Shown: piece by piece, positions 51,138-60,410 of the stretch
Position numbering within the stretch: position 1 is the stretch's first letter
Layout: the number at the start of each line of letters is the position of its first letter
NCBI GenBank assembly: GCA_963769025.1
Contig: CAVYKI010000003.1
Span: 736,001 to 800,000 of the forward strand
Source: an uncultured Verrucomicrobiae bacterium
GTDB taxonomy: Bacteria; Verrucomicrobiota; Verrucomicrobiia; Chthoniobacterales; Chthoniobacteraceae
Direction of reading: 5' to 3'
DNA length: 64,000 bases
The notes under the pieces: model-generated
Told to the model about the DNA's origin: nothing
Databases searched by the model: none
The model's input: only the letters and a program-made list of their open reading frames with translations
Translations under genes and position numbers: made by a program

Positions 51138-51266
51138 ATGAGCGTCGCATTTGCCACCGGTTCCGCGGGTCTGATCGGCTTGAAATCGGGCTCCCCGGTC
51201 CTTGCTGCGGATCCGGATGTGGCGCAAGCCGGGACCGGCGATGGATGCCCTCCAAGTGGCCGATGA
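51138..51266 (+). pseudogene. Vestige of an NAD-dependent epimerase gene (42-aa ORF)
   Basis: MSVAFATGSAGLIG is a Rossmann TGxxGxIG start; the TGA overlaps the ATG of the next gene. Confidence 0.55.
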
Positions 51267-52039
51267 TGCCTGTCCCGGATAGCCCCACCGCTCCGGCGCG
51301 GCTCCAGCTTCTTTCGATCGTTATCCCGGCCCGCGACGAGGAAGCCTGCATCGCATCCACGGTCGAGCACCTTCACGTCGAGCTCGATCTCCGCGCGGTG
51401 CCGCACGAGATCGTGGTCGTCGACGATGGGAGCAGCGACAAGACGTGGGATGTCCTCCAATCCATCAAGGCCCGCATTCCGCAGTTGCAAGCGATCCGGA
51501 ACGAAGGACCGCACGGCTTCGGGAGGGCCATCATCGCCGGCCTCGGTCACTCGAGGGGCGATGCGATCGTCATCATGATGGCGGACGAATCCGACGACTG
51601 CCGGGACGTGGTGCGCTACTGGGAAAAGCTCAACGAGGGCTACGACTGCGTGTTTGGCAGCCGGTTCGTCAAAGGCGGCGGCGTGATCGACTATCCGCGC
51701 TTCAAGCTGCTCGTGAACCGGCTCGCGAACTTCTTCCTGCGCGTGCTTTTCAACATCCGGCTCAACGACACCACCAACGCGTTCAAGGCGTATCGCCGCA
51801 CCGTCATCGAAGGGTGCCGCCCGCTCATCGCGCCGCACTTCAATCTCACCGTCGAGCTCCCGCTGAAGGCCATCGTGCGCGGCTTCTCGTGGACCGTGAT
51901 CCCGATCACGTGGCGCAACCGCCGCCACGGCGAGGCCAAGCTCAAGATCAAGGAAATGGGCAGCCGCTACCTCTTCATCTGCCTCTACGTGTGGTTGGAA
52001 AAATACTTCAGCCGGGGCGACTATCGGAAGCAGCCATGA
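51263..52039 (+). CDS. GT2, polyprenyl-phosphate (Dpm1-like) glycosyltransferase
   Basis: SIVIPARDEE, VVDDGSSDKT, GFGRA, MMADESD, GSRF, DTTNAFKAY. Confidence 0.9.
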   Translation: MMPVPDSPTAPARLQLLSIVIPARDEEACIASTVEHLHVELDLRAVPHEIVVVDDGSSDKTWDVLQSIKARIPQLQAIRNEGPHGFGRAIIAGLGHSRGDAIVIMMADESDDCRDVVRYWEKLNEGYDCVFGSRFVKGGGVIDYPRFKLLVNRLANFFLRVLFNIRLNDTTNAFKAYRRTVIEGCRPLIAPHFNLTVELPLKAIVRGFSWTVIPITWRNRRHGEAKLKIKEMGSRYLFICLYVWLEKYFSRGDYRKQP

Positions 52040-52728
52040 CCGGGAACGAACCGACAGAATTGCGCGGCATCTACCAGCGTCGCTTTGAAAAAATGCGCGA
52101 CTACCGCAAGCGCGTCTGGGAGGTGCTGGTCCGTGAGAAATTCCAGGCCTGCGTGAAACCGGATGCCACGGTGCTCGACCTCGGGTGCGGCTACGGCGAA
52201 TTCATCAACCAGATCCGCTGCGGGAAAAAATACGGCATGGATCTGAACCCGGACTCCCGCAAAAATCTCGCTCCCGACGTGGAGCTGCTGGAGCAGGATT
52301 GCTCCACGCGCTGGCCGTTTCCGGACGACACGCTCGACACCGTTTTCACGAGCAACTTCTTCGAGCACCTGCCCGGCAAAGCGGCGCTCAAGGCCACGCT
52401 CGACGAGGCTCATCGCTGCCTGAAACCGGGAGGCCGGCTCATCGCCATCGGTCCCAACATCAAATACCTGCCCGGCAGTTACTGGGATTTTTGGGACCAT
52501 CACCTTCCACTCACGGAGCTCTCCCTGTCGGAGGGGCTCGCCAGCTGCGGCTTTTCCATCCGCGAATGCGTGGACCGTTTTCTCCCCTACACGATGGTGA
52601 ACGCCCGCGAGCACCCGCCGATTTTCGTCTCCCTCTACCTTCGCCTGCCGATCCTCTGGAGATTCTTCGGCCGTCAGTTTCTCATCATCGCGTCGAAGGA
52701 ACCCCCGGGCCAGCGCCCCACATTCTAA
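52036..52728 (+). CDS. Class I SAM-dependent methyltransferase
   Basis: VLDLGCGYG, GMDLN, SNFFEHL, LKPGGRL; ATGA overlap. Confidence 0.9.
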   Translation: MTGNEPTELRGIYQRRFEKMRDYRKRVWEVLVREKFQACVKPDATVLDLGCGYGEFINQIRCGKKYGMDLNPDSRKNLAPDVELLEQDCSTRWPFPDDTLDTVFTSNFFEHLPGKAALKATLDEAHRCLKPGGRLIAIGPNIKYLPGSYWDFWDHHLPLTELSLSEGLASCGFSIRECVDRFLPYTMVNAREHPPIFVSLYLRLPILWRFFGRQFLIIASKEPPGQRPTF

Positions 52729-52735
52729 AGTGCAA

Positions 52736-53722
52736 ATGCAACCGCAACCAAAGGCGGGCTCGCCCGCCGTCGAAGTCTCGATCGTCATTCCGTTCTTCAA
52801 TGAAGAGGACGGCGTGGAGCGGCTCATGGAAAGGCTGCGCGCCCTGCTGGCAAACCAGAATCCGCAGTGGCAGCTCGTGCTCGTCAACGACGGGAGCCTG
52901 GACGACACGCGGGACCGTTTGCTCACGCGGCTCCGTGGCTTCGCAAATTGGAAATACATCCAGTTGAGCCGCAACTTCGGCCAGCAGGCGGCCTACCGCG
53001 CCGGCATCGACGCGAGCGACGGGAACGCCGTCGTCCTCCTGGATGCCGACCTGCAGGACCCGCCGGAACTCATCCCCGAAATGGTGGAACGCTGGAAACG
53101 AGGCGCGAAGCTCATCACCGCCTGCCGCAAGAGCAGGGCCGAGAAGGGCCTCCGGCGGCTGTTCTTCGAGGCGTTCCATTTCCTCTTCCATCGCATCACC
53201 GGCGGCGTGATGCCAAAGGACAGCGGCACCTTTGGACTGATGGACCGCGTCGTCGCAGACCAGTTGCGCAGGATGCCCGAGCTGAACGTCTTCTTTCCCG
53301 CCCTGCGCTCCTGGGTCGGCTTCAGGCAGGAGATCGTCTGGTACGATCGCGAAGCGCGGGAGGGAGCGCCGAAGCAGTCCATCCGGCGACTTTTCAGCTA
53401 TGCTTGGAATGGCATCACCAGCTTCAGCACCGTTCCGCTCCGGCTGATTTCGGTGCTCGGGCTGCTCGTCTCGATTGTCGGGTTCGGCTACGCTGGCGTC
53501 CTGATCGTGATCCGCTTCATGCAGACCTTCGGTTACTTTCCGGGACTGGTCGTGCAGGGCTTCACCACGCTCGCATCGGCGACGCTCTGCCTCGGAGGCA
53601 TCCAGCTCCTGTGCCTGGGCATCATGGGGGAATACCTGACCAAGATTTACACCGAGGTAAAACGGCGCCCGCCCTACGTGGTCGAGGAAGTCCTGGAGTC
53701 GCCGCGCACCGATGAATCCTGA
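52736..53722 (+). CDS. GT2, GtrB/ArnC-like undecaprenyl-phosphate glycosyltransferase
   Basis: VIPFFNEE, VNDGS.D.T, LSRNFGQQ.A, DADLQDPPE, two C-terminal TMs, GIMGEY...IY.EVK.RP.Y. Confidence 0.92.
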   Translation: MQPQPKAGSPAVEVSIVIPFFNEEDGVERLMERLRALLANQNPQWQLVLVNDGSLDDTRDRLLTRLRGFANWKYIQLSRNFGQQAAYRAGIDASDGNAVVLLDADLQDPPELIPEMVERWKRGAKLITACRKSRAEKGLRRLFFEAFHFLFHRITGGVMPKDSGTFGLMDRVVADQLRRMPELNVFFPALRSWVGFRQEIVWYDREAREGAPKQSIRRLFSYAWNGITSFSTVPLRLISVLGLLVSIVGFGYAGVLIVIRFMQTFGYFPGLVVQGFTTLASATLCLGGIQLLCLGIMGEYLTKIYTEVKRRPPYVVEEVLESPRTDES

Positions 53723-54464
53723 GGAATACGAGCGGCTCGAGCGCGTCGAGGGGGAGCATTGGTTTTATGCGGGCAAACGGAGGATTGTGCTCGAGAGCCT
53801 GCGCCGGCTCGGTGCGCTGGGCGCGGGAAAGGTGCTCGTCGATTGCGGCGCGGGCACCGGCTTTTTCGCGCGGGAAGCGGGCCGGGAATGTTCCGTGATC
53901 GCCGTCGATGATCACGAGGAGTCCCTCGCGATCGCGCGCAAGTACCTCGGCGACGATCATGTCCGGAAAGGCTCGTGCACCGCCCTGCCGCTCGCCGATG
54001 CCAGTGCGGACATCGCCACGGCGCTCGACGTGATCGAGCACATCCCCGACGATGCCGCCGCAGTCGGCGAAATGTTCCGCATCCTGCGGCCCGGCGGAAC
54101 GCTCATCGTCACCGTGCCGGCATTCCAATCCCTCTGGAGCGACTGGGACGTCGCACTGCACCACCAGCGGCGCTACCGCCGGAAGCCGCTCCGCGACCTT
54201 CTCTCCGCGCGCGGCTTCGAGGTGCTGCGCTGCGAATACGTCAATGTCCTCGCATTCCCGGCCGTCTGGATTTTGCGCAAGTGGCGCACCTGGTTTCCGG
54301 GCAGGGAACCGGGCGCGACGTTGCGGGCCGAGGAACGGATCCCGCCCGCGTGGCTCAACGGGCTGCTAATGGCGGCATTCGTCCGTCCGGCATTGCAGAC
54401 TGCGGTGTCCTTTCCATTCGGCGTCGGACTGCTCGCAGTCGCCCGTAAGCCGTCAAACCCGTAA
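53712..54464 (+). CDS. Class I SAM-dependent methyltransferase
   Basis: EHWFY..KR, VDCGAGTG, LDVIEHI.DD, LRPGG...VTVPA...LWS..D...HH.RRY. Confidence 0.9.
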   Translation: MNPEEYERLERVEGEHWFYAGKRRIVLESLRRLGALGAGKVLVDCGAGTGFFAREAGRECSVIAVDDHEESLAIARKYLGDDHVRKGSCTALPLADASADIATALDVIEHIPDDAAAVGEMFRILRPGGTLIVTVPAFQSLWSDWDVALHHQRRYRRKPLRDLLSARGFEVLRCEYVNVLAFPAVWILRKWRTWFPGREPGATLRAEERIPPAWLNGLLMAAFVRPALQTAVSFPFGVGLLAVARKPSNP

Positions 54465-54467
54465 CGC

Positions 54468-55952
54468 GTGAGCACCACCGCAAAGCTTTTTCTTCTCGTG
54501 GCGCTCGCGCTTTGCACGCTGATGCCGAGCACACAAAGCCTGTGGATGGACGAGGCGCAGACGTGGCGCCTTGCGTCGATGCCCTCGCTCAGCGCAGTCG
54601 TCGCGGACTTGCGGCAGACGCAGGCGTCCGAGGCGATGATGCCGCTCGGGATGTTTTCCGCGTGGATCTCCGCGCGCGTCTTCGGACTGGGCGAATGGCA
54701 GATGCGGGCGCCAAACATTTTTTGGGCCGCGGCGTCCGTCGTCGCATTCGCCATGATCGGACGGCGGTGGAAAGCGCCGTGGAGTCCCCTGCTCTTCGCC
54801 ATCCAGCCCTTCCTCTGGTTTTACGCCAACGAAGCGCGGCCCTACGCCCTCCAAATCGCGGCAGGCGCGTGGCTGCTCGCCGGGTTGGTCGCGGCATTCG
54901 ACGAACGTGCGATCTCCGCGAAGACATTGCTCATTGTCTCGGTCGCGTCGTGCGCGCTCGTCGGGACGACCCTTTTCGGCATCCTCACGGCCGGTCCCGC
55001 GATTGCGATCCTGGCGTGGTTCGCGCGGCGCGAGCGGTGGGCGCTGCCGGAGAAATGGAAGCTGTGCGCCACCGTCGTCCTGATCTGGTTTGCAACGCTC
55101 GGGGTCTATTACCTCTTCGCGATCCTGCGCGGCGCAGCGGGCGCGCGCCTGTGGGCGGTGGGAATCCAAAACATCCTCTTTGCCCTCTACGAGATTGGCG
55201 GCTTCGGCGGCCTTGGATTCGGCCGCACGGAGATCCGTGAACTCGCGCAACTTGGGAAGCTCGCGACGATTCTGAAATGTCCCTGGTGGGGCATCCTCGC
55301 GTCGGGATTGCTGGCGGGCTCCTACCTTGTTGCGGGCCGCTGGCTGCTCATGCGTTTGAAGCAGCCGAAGGTGCGAGACGTCGCCATTTCCGTGGCGCTG
55401 ATCGCTGCCCTCAGCCTCGGTGCGCTCGCAGTGCTCGCGCTCGTGGTGCATTTCCCATTTTGGGGCCGCCACGCGGCGCCGGTTTTTCCATTCGTTTGCG
55501 GGCTGCTCATTTTCTCCATCGCCCACGCTCCGAGGCGGCGCGGGCTTGCCGCGATCGCGATCGCATGCCTCTGCCTCGCGCTCGCCGTGTCCACGGTGCA
55601 ACTGCGGCTGGCCCCGCAACACCGCAAGGACGATTACCGCTCTGCGGCCGTGCTCGCGAGGAAGGGCCTGGAGGACAATAAGGAAGTCTGGTGGAGCGCG
55701 GACCGCGAGACGGCCCGCTACTACGGCGTTGCATTCCGCGATCCCGAGCGGCCCGGCCCGGGCGCATTCTACGCGAGCGGGAGCAGCCGCGGCATGCTCA
55801 ACACCCAGCCGTTGCCCGATCTCATTCTCATGTCCAAGCCGGACGTCTTCGATCCGAGCGGAACGCTGGCCGGCTACGTCGCCGACAATCAGTACCGGCG
55901 CGAGCAACGGTTCAACGCATTCGAGGCGCTCGTGAAACCGCCGCCTCGCTAG
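54468..55952 (+). CDS. GT-C-fold (PMT/ArnT-like) membrane glycosyltransferase
   Basis: SLWMDEA first-loop acidic motif, R.P, P.LW.YANEARPYAL, more than ten TMs, KDDYR; GTG start. Confidence 0.82.
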   Translation: MSTTAKLFLLVALALCTLMPSTQSLWMDEAQTWRLASMPSLSAVVADLRQTQASEAMMPLGMFSAWISARVFGLGEWQMRAPNIFWAAASVVAFAMIGRRWKAPWSPLLFAIQPFLWFYANEARPYALQIAAGAWLLAGLVAAFDERAISAKTLLIVSVASCALVGTTLFGILTAGPAIAILAWFARRERWALPEKWKLCATVVLIWFATLGVYYLFAILRGAAGARLWAVGIQNILFALYEIGGFGGLGFGRTEIRELAQLGKLATILKCPWWGILASGLLAGSYLVAGRWLLMRLKQPKVRDVAISVALIAALSLGALAVLALVVHFPFWGRHAAPVFPFVCGLLIFSIAHAPRRRGLAAIAIACLCLALAVSTVQLRLAPQHRKDDYRSAAVLARKGLEDNKEVWWSADRETARYYGVAFRDPERPGPGAFYASGSSRGMLNTQPLPDLILMSKPDVFDPSGTLAGYVADNQYRREQRFNAFEALVKPPPR

Positions 55953-56073
55953 GGCGGTTTCTGGAAAACTGCAGCCGCCGACGGCAGGAGGCGGGCACTT
56001 TTGAGATGCCTATTACAGAGGGAAAGCGTGCCCGCCTCGTTCCCTCGTCGGCTACGAAATAAAGTGAACCGCG

Positions 56074-57582
56074 CTAGCGGGATTCCTTTCGCCGATAGGC
56101 CGTGAAGCGCCCGTCGCTTTCGACCACCTCGAACCCGGCGCCCGTGAGCCAGTCGTCGCTCTCAGCCTTTGGAACCGCGGCACCTCGGAACCTGGCGAAT
56201 GCGCCCGCCAGCCCCGATGGCGCAGGCTGCGGAGACGTCACCACGGCCACCTTCGCCCGCTCCATCGCCAGCCCACGGATTTTCTCCGGCGTGCCGCCTG
56301 TCCAAACGAAAGCCGGCCGGCCGGAGTAGTAGGCCGGCACGGGATTGTACGGGTAATCCACCATGTCGAAGCGATGGTTCGGCCGGAAGAGGATCACCTC
56401 TCCCGGCCCGGAGTGATCGCGCACCCACTGCGCAGCCTCGAAGATTTGCCGGTCCTGCTTGAACAGGTAAAACCAGACTGGAATCGGCGGCACGACCACG
56501 AGGAGCGCGATGATCGGGATCGCGACCGCCCGCATTTTCGCAACCCAACCCAACGCAAGGAGCGCCTCAATCCCGATCCCGAAAAGCGCGCAGAGTGGCG
56601 CCACTGCCGGAAGGTTGTAGTAGCTCTGGCTCGAGCCCGCGTTGCCAAACCAGATCAGGTAAAACAGTGCGATCGACACGAGCCACACGCCGAGAAGCCC
56701 GCGACTCCTCGTGCGGATGAACGTCCAAAGTCCCATCGCCGCAGCCAGCGCCGCCGGTCCGGAAAAGACGAAGGCGCCGAGATACCCGGCGAGCATCATC
56801 CACGGCCTCGCTTGAAAGCGGCTGCCCAGCGGACCGATGAAACCGCGCAGGGCTTCGCCCGAATTCCACTCGGGCAGGTACGCGGAATTGATCGAGTCCA
56901 CGTAGCCACTCCAGGCCTTGAGCGCCGCGACGGTGAGCAGGCCTGCGATGATGGTGCGCGGCATGACCAGCGTGCGCCATCCGTGACGGAACGCGACCGC
57001 CGCTAGCAGGAGATAGAGGTGCGCAAACTCGGGCAGCTTCACCAGCAATCCGACCGCTCCGACGGACGTGAGCGCGATCCATCGTCCAAGACCGGGCTTT
57101 TCGTCATGGCGCAGCACCAGGACGACGAACGCAAACGCCAGCGCCTGCACGAGCATCTCGGGCATGAATGCCTGACCGTAGAAAACTTCCAGCGGCGCGA
57201 TGACGAAGAGCAGATTCGCCCAGAACGTCTTTGCCCCGCCGAGCATCCGGCGCCAGATCGCTTGCAGAAGGACGAAGGAGAAAGCCCACAGGACGATCGA
57301 TGTCACCTTTCCGCTCAGATCGAGATTTCCCGTGAACCAATGCACGGCCATCACGAGATAGTTGTAGAGCGGCAGCTCGAGGATGAAGTGCGCATCCAGA
57401 TCGCCCAGCCACGGGATTTTCGCCGCCAAGGGGAAGCCCGGCTGCCCGATGAGGCTCTCCGTCGCCGCCGCTGTCTGGCACTGGCGGAGCAGGTGGGCAT
57501 CCACCAATGGCTGGTTGAGGGCCACGCTGCGCAGGAGGATTCCCAGGATGAGGAATACCCAGAATGAGCGCGCCGATTTCAT
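56074..57582 (-). CDS. GT-C-fold (ArnT-like) membrane glycosyltransferase
   Basis: PLVDAHLLRQCQTA, LELPLYNYL, FYGQAFMPE, LVKLP, YYNLP; multi-TM. Confidence 0.8.
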   Translation of the reverse strand: MKSARSFWVFLILGILLRSVALNQPLVDAHLLRQCQTAAATESLIGQPGFPLAAKIPWLGDLDAHFILELPLYNYLVMAVHWFTGNLDLSGKVTSIVLWAFSFVLLQAIWRRMLGGAKTFWANLLFVIAPLEVFYGQAFMPEMLVQALAFAFVVLVLRHDEKPGLGRWIALTSVGAVGLLVKLPEFAHLYLLLAAVAFRHGWRTLVMPRTIIAGLLTVAALKAWSGYVDSINSAYLPEWNSGEALRGFIGPLGSRFQARPWMMLAGYLGAFVFSGPAALAAAMGLWTFIRTRSRGLLGVWLVSIALFYLIWFGNAGSSQSYYNLPAVAPLCALFGIGIEALLALGWVAKMRAVAIPIIALLVVVPPIPVWFYLFKQDRQIFEAAQWVRDHSGPGEVILFRPNHRFDMVDYPYNPVPAYYSGRPAFVWTGGTPEKIRGLAMERAKVAVVTSPQPAPSGLAGAFARFRGAAVPKAESDDWLTGAGFEVVESDGRFTAYRRKESR

Positions 57583-57610
57583 CGAGGCCAGGACCGAGGA
57601 GCCGCGCGGA

Positions 57611-58675
57611 CTAACTGGAAATCTCCAGCCATTGCGGATTTTCAGCCGCGTGGATGGCGATCTCCTCCAGCGTGTCCTCGATGGAAATTTCCGGACGCCA
57701 CTGCCACTGGCGCTCGGCGAGACCCGCATCCATTACCATCCACGGAATGTCGAAAGGCCGCTCCGCTGCATCCACGCCGACTCTGTGTTTTCCGAACCGG
57801 CGCTCGCACCATCCGCTGAGTTGCCGCAGCGACATGGCGCGAGCGGCGCCGCCCGCCACGTTTTGCATCCGGCTCACGGCACGGTGCGGGTCGCGGAGTT
57901 GCGCGAGGACGAGGCGCCCCAGATCGCGCGGGTGCAGGCAATCGCGGACCTGATGTCCCTCGCCGCCGAAACCGATGTATCGCAGCGGACGGCGCTGCGC
58001 CCACGAGTGAATCCAGAAACTGAAGATGCCCTGATCCGCGCGACCGAACTGCCCCGCGCCGGCCAGCACGCCGCAGCGGTTGATCCACACCGGCAGGCCG
58101 AAGGCGGCCCCGTATTCCAGCGCGAGCTGCTCGGAGCAGAGCTTCGTGCTGCCGTAGAGCGAGACCGGCGCATCGGTCGGGAAGCTCTCCCCCACGCCGG
58201 CAGCGGTGACACCGGGTGGGAGCGCGCGCCCTGCTTCGGGGTGAAATGCGTCGCCTTCCACCCGCACCGGCAGGCTGGCGAGCGGCGGAATGGAATACAC
58301 GCGGCTCGTGCTCAGCAGCAGAAAACCCGCGCAGTGCGCCTTGCAGTATTCGAGCATCTGCACGGTGCCGCCGAGATTGTGCTCGATGATCTGCCGACTG
58401 CTCGTGCGCCCGTCCACGCCTGCGAGCACGCTCGCGTTCGCCGCTGCATCGATGACCCAGTCGGCCGGCGGGAGCGCATCGATGTCGCTCTGCACGCGGA
58501 GATCGGCATGGGAAACCTTCACGCCAAGCGCTTGCAGCTTCCGCCGGTTCGTCTCGCTGCCTGGACGGATGAAATTGTCGAACCCGCAGACGGTGATGGA
58601 GGAATCCTGTTCGCGAAAATGGCGCGCCAGCGAACTGCCCACGAACCCGCAGATGCCCGAGATGAGAACCTTCAT
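57611..58675 (-). CDS. NAD-dependent epimerase, CDP-paratose 2-epimerase (RfbE)-like
   Basis: ISGICGFVGS, DAAANASVLAG, STSRVY, YGSTK, NRCGVLAG.GQFG..DQG, GFGG.G.QVRD.LH. Confidence 0.88.
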   Translation of the reverse strand: MKVLISGICGFVGSSLARHFREQDSSITVCGFDNFIRPGSETNRRKLQALGVKVSHADLRVQSDIDALPPADWVIDAAANASVLAGVDGRTSSRQIIEHNLGGTVQMLEYCKAHCAGFLLLSTSRVYSIPPLASLPVRVEGDAFHPEAGRALPPGVTAAGVGESFPTDAPVSLYGSTKLCSEQLALEYGAAFGLPVWINRCGVLAGAGQFGRADQGIFSFWIHSWAQRRPLRYIGFGGEGHQVRDCLHPRDLGRLVLAQLRDPHRAVSRMQNVAGGAARAMSLRQLSGWCERRFGKHRVGVDAAERPFDIPWMVMDAGLAERQWQWRPEISIEDTLEEIAIHAAENPQWLEISS

Positions 58676-58803
58676 CGGCTCGGCCTTATGAGTTCCAAGT
58701 CCAGCGGTCGGCGCATTTGCGACGCTGTCTAGGCGAGGGTCAATGTGCGGTCAAGTGCCCGGCGCTTGTCGCCCGGCGCACGCTCCGGTAGCTTCGCACA
58801 CCA

Positions 58804-59658
58804 ATGTCCCCCGGTTCGCTTTGTCGCCGCCCGCTCAATGTAGTGACCGCTTGCCGTGCGGCGGATGTGCGCATCCTGCGCCTGGCTCTCGACGGCTTGC
58901 AGCGCTTTGTCCCCTTCCGGAAACTGCACGTCATCACGGCGCGGTCGAATTTCTCGCGCTGCCGCCGCGCCCTCGGAAATGATGTGGAGTTGCTCGATGA
59001 AGACGCGCTGATCCCCGGCATGACCTTGCAGAGTCTTCGCGGGCTCGCACTGCCGGGTTTTCCGAAAGGCGCAGGCTGGTACTTTCAGCAGCTCCTGAAG
59101 TTTGCGTTCGCTCTCCGCGAGCCGGCCGACGATTACTGCCTCATCTGGGACGCGGATACGGTTCCGCTGCGCGCGCTCGAGTTTTTCGACACGGAAGGCC
59201 GGATGCTCCTGACCACTGCGGAGGAAGAGCACATTCCGTATTTCGAGACGTACCGAAGGCTGCTGGGCGAGGAGCCGCGGCGGGAGTGTTCCTTCATCGC
59301 GCAGCACATGATCGTGCAGACAGCCGTGCTGCGTGAAATGCTGGCTACGATCGAGGGCAGGCTGCCGGGCCACGAAAATTGGGCGTGGGCGATCATGAAA
59401 AATCTCGCGGGGAGCAGCACGAATCTTTTCAGCGAATACGAGATGCTCGGCCATTACACTAGGAACCACTTTCCCGAGCGCGTGGCTTTGCGGCAGCTGC
59501 CCTGGCTGCGCGATGGTTCGCGGGAGATCGGGGGAATGCCATCGGCGGCGGATCTGGCGCGGCTTGGCGGGCGGTACGCATTTGCCGCCTTCGAATCCGG
59601 GCAGATGCCGCTGCGCCGCTTCGTCCGCACGCTGCGCGGATGGCTGGGTGGACGCTGA
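58804..59658 (+). CDS. DUF6492-like putative GT-A glycosyltransferase
   Basis: GWYFQQLLK, YCLIWDADT, SFIAQHM, FSEYE..G. Confidence 0.75.
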   Translation: MSPGSLCRRPLNVVTACRAADVRILRLALDGLQRFVPFRKLHVITARSNFSRCRRALGNDVELLDEDALIPGMTLQSLRGLALPGFPKGAGWYFQQLLKFAFALREPADDYCLIWDADTVPLRALEFFDTEGRMLLTTAEEEHIPYFETYRRLLGEEPRRECSFIAQHMIVQTAVLREMLATIEGRLPGHENWAWAIMKNLAGSSTNLFSEYEMLGHYTRNHFPERVALRQLPWLRDGSREIGGMPSAADLARLGGRYAFAAFESGQMPLRRFVRTLRGWLGGR

Positions 59659-59680
59659 CAGGCGGAAGCGCTGCGTCCCG

Positions 59681-60397
59681 TCAGCGGCCTTGCGACACGC
59701 GCTTGCGAAGCGCCTCGGGCATGACTTGCAAAAGGAGCGCGCACAATTTCCGGGGCAGAAACCGGCCGAGCAATTCCACGGGCTGCATCCGCATCGCCCG
59801 CAGTCTGCGCGCGGCGGCAGTGCGGCTCGCGGCGGTCGGCAAGTCGCGGAGTTTCACCGCGGTGAGCAGCCCCTCGACGCTGATGTCGTGGAGTTCGACT
59901 TTCCAGTTGTCCAGCAGCTCGAGGTAGGGCCGCAGCCATTTTCCCTTCCGGAGTTTGGCGTCGTGCGCGAGCAGTTGTCCGCCGACCGGGATGCGGTCGG
60001 CGAGCAGTTGGAACTCCGTGATTTGCTCCATCGGGTTGTCGCCGCCATCGAGAAACGCGATATCGACGCACGCTTCCGCGCCGAGTTCCTTCAGCCACTT
60101 CGGGATCACATCCTGCGAAAAACCGAAGAGCGGCGTGAACCGGTGCGCCGCCTCGGGAATGGCCTTGCGGATGTTCTCGATCATCCGGTCGTAGATGGAG
60201 CGATCCGCTTCGACGCCCCACAGGCGGCCCTCGCCATTCTGTTGCAGCGCCTTGAGAAAATGCAGCGTGCTTCCGCCCCCGAGCCACGTGCCGATCTCGA
60301 TGACGATCCGCGGTTTCCGCGGCGCGTCGAGGATCGCGGCGGTGAGGATGCACCGCTCCTCGGGATTGAGCTGGCCGGAGATTTCGACGGCGGACAT
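59681..60397 (-). CDS. Class I SAM-dependent methyltransferase (Methyltransf_24-like)
   Basis: IEIGTWLGGGST, GVE, DIAFLDG, HD. Confidence 0.85.
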   Translation of the reverse strand: MSAVEISGQLNPEERCILTAAILDAPRKPRIVIEIGTWLGGGSTLHFLKALQQNGEGRLWGVEADRSIYDRMIENIRKAIPEAAHRFTPLFGFSQDVIPKWLKELGAEACVDIAFLDGGDNPMEQITEFQLLADRIPVGGQLLAHDAKLRKGKWLRPYLELLDNWKVELHDISVEGLLTAVKLRDLPTAASRTAAARRLRAMRMQPVELLGRFLPRKLCALLLQVMPEALRKRVSQGR

Positions 60398-60410
60398 GGG
60401 GCGCGCTGGG

